Shown: positions 58,913 through 64,000 of the stretch, piece by piece
How positions within the stretch are numbered: position 1 is the stretch's first letter
Layout: each line of letters begins with the position of its first letter
NCBI GenBank assembly: GCA_963786955.1
Contig: CAWBAT010000005.1
Coordinates: forward strand, 32,001 to 96,000
Length of the DNA stretch: 64,000 bases
Source: an uncultured Acidimicrobiia bacterium
GTDB taxonomy: Bacteria > Acidobacteriota > Terriglobia > Versatilivoradales > Versatilivoraceae
Direction: 5' to 3'
The notes under the pieces: model-generated
The model's input: the letters and a program-made list of their open reading frames with translations, nothing else
Database searches by the model: none
Told to the model about the DNA's origin: nothing
Translations under genes and position numbers: made by a program

Positions 58913-59959
58913 CTACTCCTTAGTCACTTTCGATTTTAATCCCTTCAGATTCTCCTGCTCCTCCAAAGGCCGGACGACGCGGAAGCCTACAAAGGTCGCA
59001 TTGGTATGCCACCAAATGCTCTTCGGCTGTTGCGGGTCGAGCATACTCCAATCATCATTCGAAGCCCGACGGGCTGCCGACCGAAGCATAGATGCTTCAT
59101 CATCCCAGGAACCACCTCGGACCACATGGGGGTATTGCCTCTCCGTTGGGATGAAAACTGGAGAAAGCGCCGGGGTTCTATCCTTGAATGTCGAGTAGAA
59201 TTTAGGATCGTATTCATCCAGGACCCATTCGGCAGCATTTCCGTGCATATCGAATAAACCCCATGGGTTCGGCTTTCGCGTTCCAATCTTTTGAGGTTTG
59301 CCGCCCGAATTATCCACATACCAGGCATAGTCTTTGAGGCTGGCTGCATTGTCACCAAAAGAGTAAACCGTTTGGGTGCCCGCGCGGCAGGCATATTCCC
59401 ACTCCGCCTCCGTCGGCAGTCTATAAATTTTTCCAGTCTTTACGGAGAGCCACCGACAATACTCCATTGCCGCATGGTGGGTGATACAGATGACCGGCTG
59501 CCCCTCTCGACCCAAGCCAAAAGTTTCATCGGCATAAGGAGGAGTGGGGCGCGTCACGGCATCGGCAGACTTTTCACTCTCTGGCTGTGAATTCAAATCG
59601 ACTCCTTGCTGCTTCTTTTTCTTAACGTCGAAACTGAAGGCATAGAGGTCGTATTCGTTCCAGGTGACTTCGGTTGTGCTCATCCAGAAGGGGCGGATGG
59701 TTACCTCGTGTTGAGGGACCTCATCCGGAAAACGTTTAGCCTCACTTGGAGGGCTGCCCATCATAAAGGATCCACCCGGTATGGGGACCAGCTCGAATTT
59801 CACGGCAGTACCAGGGATGGTTTCGACATAAGGCTGCATTGACTTGGGACTTCTTGAGTCCTCACCGTAAACAACCATCCCAGGGCGTTCGTTGGCCGCA
59901 GCAAGGAATAGGACGAGAATGACAAGAAAAGTTCCCGAAATGAGAAAATGCAACTTCAT
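58913..59959 (-). CDS. FGE-sulfatase (SUMF1/EgtB/PvdO) fold exported protein
   Basis: Signal peptide, IPGGSFMMGS, RLPTEAEWEYACRAG, PNPWGLFDMHGN..EW, RGGSW and GFRVV. Confidence 0.9.
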   Translation of the reverse strand: MKLHFLISGTFLVILVLFLAAANERPGMVVYGEDSRSPKSMQPYVETIPGTAVKFELVPIPGGSFMMGSPPSEAKRFPDEVPQHEVTIRPFWMSTTEVTWNEYDLYAFSFDVKKKKQQGVDLNSQPESEKSADAVTRPTPPYADETFGLGREGQPVICITHHAAMEYCRWLSVKTGKIYRLPTEAEWEYACRAGTQTVYSFGDNAASLKDYAWYVDNSGGKPQKIGTRKPNPWGLFDMHGNAAEWVLDEYDPKFYSTFKDRTPALSPVFIPTERQYPHVVRGGSWDDEASMLRSAARRASNDDWSMLDPQQPKSIWWHTNATFVGFRVVRPLEEQENLKGLKSKVTKE

Positions 59960-60241
59960 CGGATGGGCTCCTTGGTACACAGTTTTATAAATACGGTGAC
60001 CTTTCAGGTACGATGTGACAGAAGTCCGTGTTGTTGCTGGCCCCGCTGGTGAGATTTATGGCCGAATGGATGTAAGAGAGTGCTGAAAAACAGATCTGCC
60101 AAAGTCTAATCAAGTATTGCGTCACTTCGAGCTCGCTCGATCAAACGTAAATTCTAGCATCCACGGGTAACGCCTCAAAGAGAAACTTCGAGAGATGTGA
60201 ATGAATGGTTGAATACGGTTGTGCAGGTGAATCTGGCGGAG

Positions 60242-60365
60242 GTTATGCAGTTCCGTAATCCAAACGCAATAAGTAATGTTAAAAATACGGGGCGGACCCT
60301 TGTCAACGGGGGGACTACTGGGGGGAATAATTACAGGCAAATAACAAGTAATTCGTCTGCATTAG
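60242..60365. repeat. Dispersed repeat family A, copy 2
   Basis: CCCTTGTCAACGGGGGGACTACTG...AATTACAGGCAAATAAC...CTGCATTAG. The left end GTTATGCAG is an imperfect inverse of the right end. Confidence 0.7.
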
Positions 60366-60398
60366 ATTATAATTTCAGCCGTTAATAGGGTTTACAAA

Positions 60399-61607
60399 AT
60401 GGATCGTATTCCTCGGAAGGGAGCCGATGGCTCTTTGAATTACAACGCCGCTCCTCTTCTGCGAGTATTCCGCTCACTGGCGCTCTTTTTATTTTTTTGG
60501 TTGGCCATCGCGGACATCCCAATAGGCCACAATTCCCGAATTCCGTGTCAGGCCGGGGTCAACGACCCCGGCTACAGGAATTGGCCGGGATCAACGACCC
60601 CGGAAACAGTACTTACCATGAACTTATTCAACTTCGTACTAGGTTCTGAACGTCAAACCCCTTTAAGGCGTTTTGAATTTACCGAGCCTATCATGGGAAC
60701 GACTGCTCGAATTGTGCTTTATGCACCGGATGCGCAGTTGGCATTGGAAGCTTCGAGGACCGCCTTCGAAAGAATGGCAGCGTTGGAAAACAGGCTGAGT
60801 GATTATCGTCCTGAGAGCGAATTGAACCAGCTTTGCCACCATGCGTTGGAATCGCCCAAGCCTGTTAGCCCAGACTTGTTCGAGGTTCTGTGGGAAAGTC
60901 AGACTCTCGCAGAAAAAACCGGGGGGGCTTTTGACGTTACCGTGGGCCCAGTCGTTCAGTTGTGGCGTCGGGCTAGAAGGCAAAAAGAATTGCCCACCCC
61001 TGATCGATTGGCAGAAGCCCGGAAACTTGTGGGGTACAAGAAATTACAACTCGACTCACGGTCTCAAACAGCCCATCTTTTAATCCCTGGAATGAAATTG
61101 GATCTGGGTGGGATCGCCAAAGGCTATGCGGCCGACGAGGCGCTAAGAGCCCTTCAGCGTAAAGGGATTGAAATGGCTCTCGTAACCATTGGAGGAGATA
61201 TTGCACTGGGTGCACCCCCGCCGGAGAAATCTGGTTGGCGGGTTGAGATCAACCCCGGCCCAGCGTTCAAAGCGAAACCATTTAAACCCTTGTTGTTGAG
61301 CCATGCAGGGGTTTCTACCTCGGGAGATGCCGAGCAATTTGTTGAGATTTCAGGCAAACGTTATTCCCACATTGTTGACCCCAGAACAGGCATGGCTTTG
61401 TTAGGCAATCGCAGTGTCACCATCGTCGCTTCAAACGCGACCGCCTCAGATGCATTGGCGACCGCGCTCTGCGTGATGGGCCCCAAAGCTGGTCTGCGAT
61501 TCATTCAATCTCAACCACGCGCTGAAGCTCTGTACCTAGAAGTTGTCGATGCGAAAATTAGGGTGTACAAGTCGAAAAATTGGAAAACCTTGAAGACCGA
61601 AGAGTGA
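60399..61607 (+). CDS. apbE: FAD:protein FMN transferase ApbE
   Basis: MGTT, GAFDVTVGP, DLGGIAKGY, GGDI, STSGD, YSHIVDPRTG and DALATA. Start uncertain (60399 or 60618). Confidence 0.93.
   Translation: MDRIPRKGADGSLNYNAAPLLRVFRSLALFLFFWLAIADIPIGHNSRIPCQAGVNDPGYRNWPGSTTPETVLTMNLFNFVLGSERQTPLRRFEFTEPIMGTTARIVLYAPDAQLALEASRTAFERMAALENRLSDYRPESELNQLCHHALESPKPVSPDLFEVLWESQTLAEKTGGAFDVTVGPVVQLWRRARRQKELPTPDRLAEARKLVGYKKLQLDSRSQTAHLLIPGMKLDLGGIAKGYAADEALRALQRKGIEMALVTIGGDIALGAPPPEKSGWRVEINPGPAFKAKPFKPLLLSHAGVSTSGDAEQFVEISGKRYSHIVDPRTGMALLGNRSVTIVASNATASDALATALCVMGPKAGLRFIQSQPRAEALYLEVVDAKIRVYKSKNWKTLKTEE
60551..60609. repeat. Tandem pair of REP-like palindromes within the 5' part of the apbE ORF
   Basis: GGCCGGGGTCAACGACCCCGGCTACAG and GGCCGGGATCAACGACCCCGGAAACAG; same family as the intergenic copy near 53742. 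Confidence 0.75.
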
Positions 61608-61644
61608 TCCTTACCAGACTCAGGCTGAGTTGGCTGGAATCTGG

Positions 61645-61812
61645 ACTCTCATTAACCCCTCGATTCATCGAGGGGTCACCAAGTTACCCTGAGTTCTACC
61701 AACCGTTTTAACGGTTCCTTCACCGGACCACTGCAAAAAAAACCGTTAAAACGGTTCGCTAATGACATAAGACGTCGCTTACCCCTCGATGAATCGAGGG
61801 GTTAATGAGAGT
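61645..61812. repeat. Nested perfect inverted repeat (REPIN-like)
   Basis: The 32-bp ACTCTCATTAACCCCTCGATTCATCGAGGGGT has its exact reverse complement at 61781-61812. Inner pair AACCGTTTTAACGGTT / AACCGTTAAAACGGTT. Confidence 0.9.
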
Positions 61813-62040
61813 GGGTGATGCGACGAGCCCTTTGAAGCGCGCGCATTCTACGTATGACAACGCGACATCCGGGACATCCCCCATGCAACCCTTCAAAGGG
61901 GAATTCTAGTGCGGCAGGTCGAGAGAAATTCAGGTGGAGCGGGCCTGCGCCTTCCACCAATTGCAACGGCGTCGCAGAGTTCCGCCCTCCAGCCACTATG
62001 TTCCGTTGGAGGGTCGAGCTCCTGCGAGACCGAGTTGCCC

Positions 62041-63756
62041 CTACAGTTCACCCTTTCGGATTTGGTCCACTGAATAATTCGCAGCTCGAGCCGTTAGCGC
62101 CATATAAGTTATGGAGGGATTTTGGCAGGCGGATGACACCATGCAAGAACCATCGGTCACGAAAAGGTTTTGGATGTCGTGCGTCTGATTCCATCTGTTC
62201 AGAACAGACTTCTTTGGATCCTCCCCCATCCGGGCGGTCCCCATTTCGTGAATTCCTTTTCCAGGAGGGGCGGGTTTTGATGTCCCAGTAGTCTGAATAT
62301 TCTTAATTCCACAGGCCTCCAGCATCTCTGCAGCCTGTACACGGATATCCTTGTACAATTGAAGTTCGTTCTCAAACCAATCTGCGCTGATGTGCAGAAC
62401 CGGGATGCCCCATTTGTCCACGACATTCTTATTAATCTCTACTTTGTTTTCAAAGTAGGGCAAACATTCACCGAAGCCTGACAGAGAAGCGTACCATTCC
62501 CCTGAATCTGTCATGGCCTCTTTAAATTCCACACCAAACCCCGATGGCATCGGACTATCCAATTCAGGCAGCTGGAACGCCCCTTTAAATCCTGGCCGAT
62601 GGCTCCCACCCTGAAATCCATAGCCTCTCAGAAATTTTGGATGCTTGGTTTTGACATTTTGGAATCGTGGGACATAAATTCCATTGGGGCGTCGCCCAAC
62701 GTCATGATATTTTTCGAGTCCTGGAAAATCTCCTTTGGCCCGCAAACCGTAAAGATGATCCATCAAGTAATGACCCAAGACCCCACTAGAGTTTGCCAGT
62801 CCATTGGGATAGCGGGGATTGGCCGAGTTCAGAAGAATCCGGGTCGATTCGAGTGTCGAGGCACATAAGAAAACCAGTTTCGCTCGGAATCCATATTCTT
62901 GCATCGAGACGCCATCGACCACTTGAGCCCCGGTGACACGGTTGGTGTTTTTGTCATAGGTCAGGCAGCGGACCACACTATAGGGCCGCAAAGTCAGCCG
63001 GCCTGTCGCTTGGGCCGCGGGTAGGGTTGAATTCAGTGTACTGAAGTACGATCGCGTGATGCAGCCTTGCTCGCAGGGACCACAGTAATGACATGGAAGA
63101 CGCCCGTTTAATGGTTCAGTCAAAATGGCTGTTCTGCCAATCGTCAAAATTCGTTCGCCCTTCCAATTATCTCGGATGCGATTGCGAAGCAGCCATTCAC
63201 CACAGCTCATCGCCATGGGTTTCTGAAACCTCCCATCCGGAAGGTGCGGGATGCCCTCTTTCATTCCGCTGATTCCGATGAATGATTCAACATAGTCGTA
63301 CCAGGGTTCAATGTCTTTGTAGCTAATCGGCCATGGAATCTCCCAACCATCCTTCTCATTGGCTTTGAAATCGAGGTCACTCCAGCGGTAGACCTGGCGG
63401 CCCCACATGATGGATCGCCCGCCGACATGTCTTCCGCGGAAGTAGAGATAAGGCTTATCTGCGGGAGTGGTGTAGGGATTCTCTTTGTCCTTTACGAAAA
63501 GATGATGGTTGTATTCACGGCAGGCGTAACACTGCCGTTGAATCGGATAATTCTCCTCCATGAATTTCAGATCTGTAAGTCCACGATACCGCACATCAAA
63601 GGGCATCTTGTGTTCGGAATAGTCAATGTTGGGATCTATGGTGCGCCCCGCTTCGAGCAGCAAAACTTCCAGACCTTTCTCTGTTAGCTCTTTGGCTGCC
63701 CATCCTCCTGTAATGCCAGAGCCGATCACGATTGCATCATAGAGCTTGGTTGCCAT
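62041..63756 (-). CDS. GMC-family oxidoreductase (glucoside 3-dehydrogenase-like flavoprotein)
   Basis: IGSGITGG, GGRSIMWGRQ, Cys cluster CHYCGPC, HYLMDH, HEMGTARMG and QNPSITYMA. Confidence 0.93.
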   Translation of the reverse strand: MATKLYDAIVIGSGITGGWAAKELTEKGLEVLLLEAGRTIDPNIDYSEHKMPFDVRYRGLTDLKFMEENYPIQRQCYACREYNHHLFVKDKENPYTTPADKPYLYFRGRHVGGRSIMWGRQVYRWSDLDFKANEKDGWEIPWPISYKDIEPWYDYVESFIGISGMKEGIPHLPDGRFQKPMAMSCGEWLLRNRIRDNWKGERILTIGRTAILTEPLNGRLPCHYCGPCEQGCITRSYFSTLNSTLPAAQATGRLTLRPYSVVRCLTYDKNTNRVTGAQVVDGVSMQEYGFRAKLVFLCASTLESTRILLNSANPRYPNGLANSSGVLGHYLMDHLYGLRAKGDFPGLEKYHDVGRRPNGIYVPRFQNVKTKHPKFLRGYGFQGGSHRPGFKGAFQLPELDSPMPSGFGVEFKEAMTDSGEWYASLSGFGECLPYFENKVEINKNVVDKWGIPVLHISADWFENELQLYKDIRVQAAEMLEACGIKNIQTTGTSKPAPPGKGIHEMGTARMGEDPKKSVLNRWNQTHDIQNLFVTDGSCMVSSACQNPSITYMALTARAANYSVDQIRKGEL

Positions 63757-63799
63757 GAAGGTGGACTTCCTTCAACAATGAGATTTGACTGCAACGATT

Positions 63800-63990
63800 C
63801 AGGAGCAAGGAACAGGGAGCAAGGATCAAGCAAAAGACGAACGGAGCAGGGACGTACCCTCCTCAAGTCCCCCCTTGTCAGAGGGGGGACTACTGTTGGG
63901 TAAAGAATTACTGGCAAACAACATTTGACGCTTCTGCATTAGTGCTTTGTCCCTATTCCCTGTTCCCTGTTCCTTGTTTCTTGTTTCTAA
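63800..63990. repeat. Repeat family A copy 3 flanked by inverted heptamer tandem repeats
   Basis: CCCCCCTTGTCAGAGGGGGGACTACTG...CTGCATTAG (63868-63942), with GGAGCAA/GGAACAG heptamers on the left and CTGTTCC/TTGTTTC heptamers on the right. Confidence 0.7.
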
Positions 63991-64000
63991 GCCCTTCAAC

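Noticed and set aside
58913-59959. True formylglycine-generating enzyme activating the sulfatase-like proteins
   Set aside because: It lacks the catalytic Cys pair (GGSWDDEASMLRSAARR), and the sulfatase-like proteins have no CxPxR target motif.
61854-62291. 145-aa plus-strand ORF
   Set aside because: Spans repeat DNA and the antisense end of the GMC gene; composition is not protein-like.

Overview
A bacterial chromosomal window of roughly 50% GC. The gene repertoire is consistent with an Acidobacteriota-like organism, but that assignment is inference. From left to right it holds: (1) a cell-envelope modification module at 1-8.4 kb, with two paralogous membrane sulfatase/LTA-synthase-fold proteins flanking a YIDPGSGS small peptide and a NoeA-like kinase-fold/methyltransferase; (2) an indel-rich, partly decayed stress/osmoadaptation zone at 8.8-28 kb, containing treZ, a duplicated small-membrane-protein cassette, an FAD monooxygenase, a Rieske protein missing two Fe-S ligands, a USP, a ClC-CBS-TPR fusion, a 7TM-HD phosphohydrolase, glucosylglycerate genes and csbD; (3) intact housekeeping and signalling genes (two two-component systems, rqcH, maf, gatCA); (4) a cytochrome c maturation operon with CxxxY-type CcmE ending in a Cld/ChdC-family gene; and (5) redox and sugar-catabolism genes with apbE, interspersed with REP/MITE-like palindromes. 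The standout is an exported UshA-fold/tetraheme cytochrome c protein at 32750-34138. Its true N-terminus is hidden behind an in-frame TGA in a C-G-U motif, followed by a bacterial SECIS-like hairpin, so it is a probable selenocysteine-containing multiheme cytochrome that the ORF track truncates. No tRNA, rRNA, CRISPR array or intact transposase was recognised.
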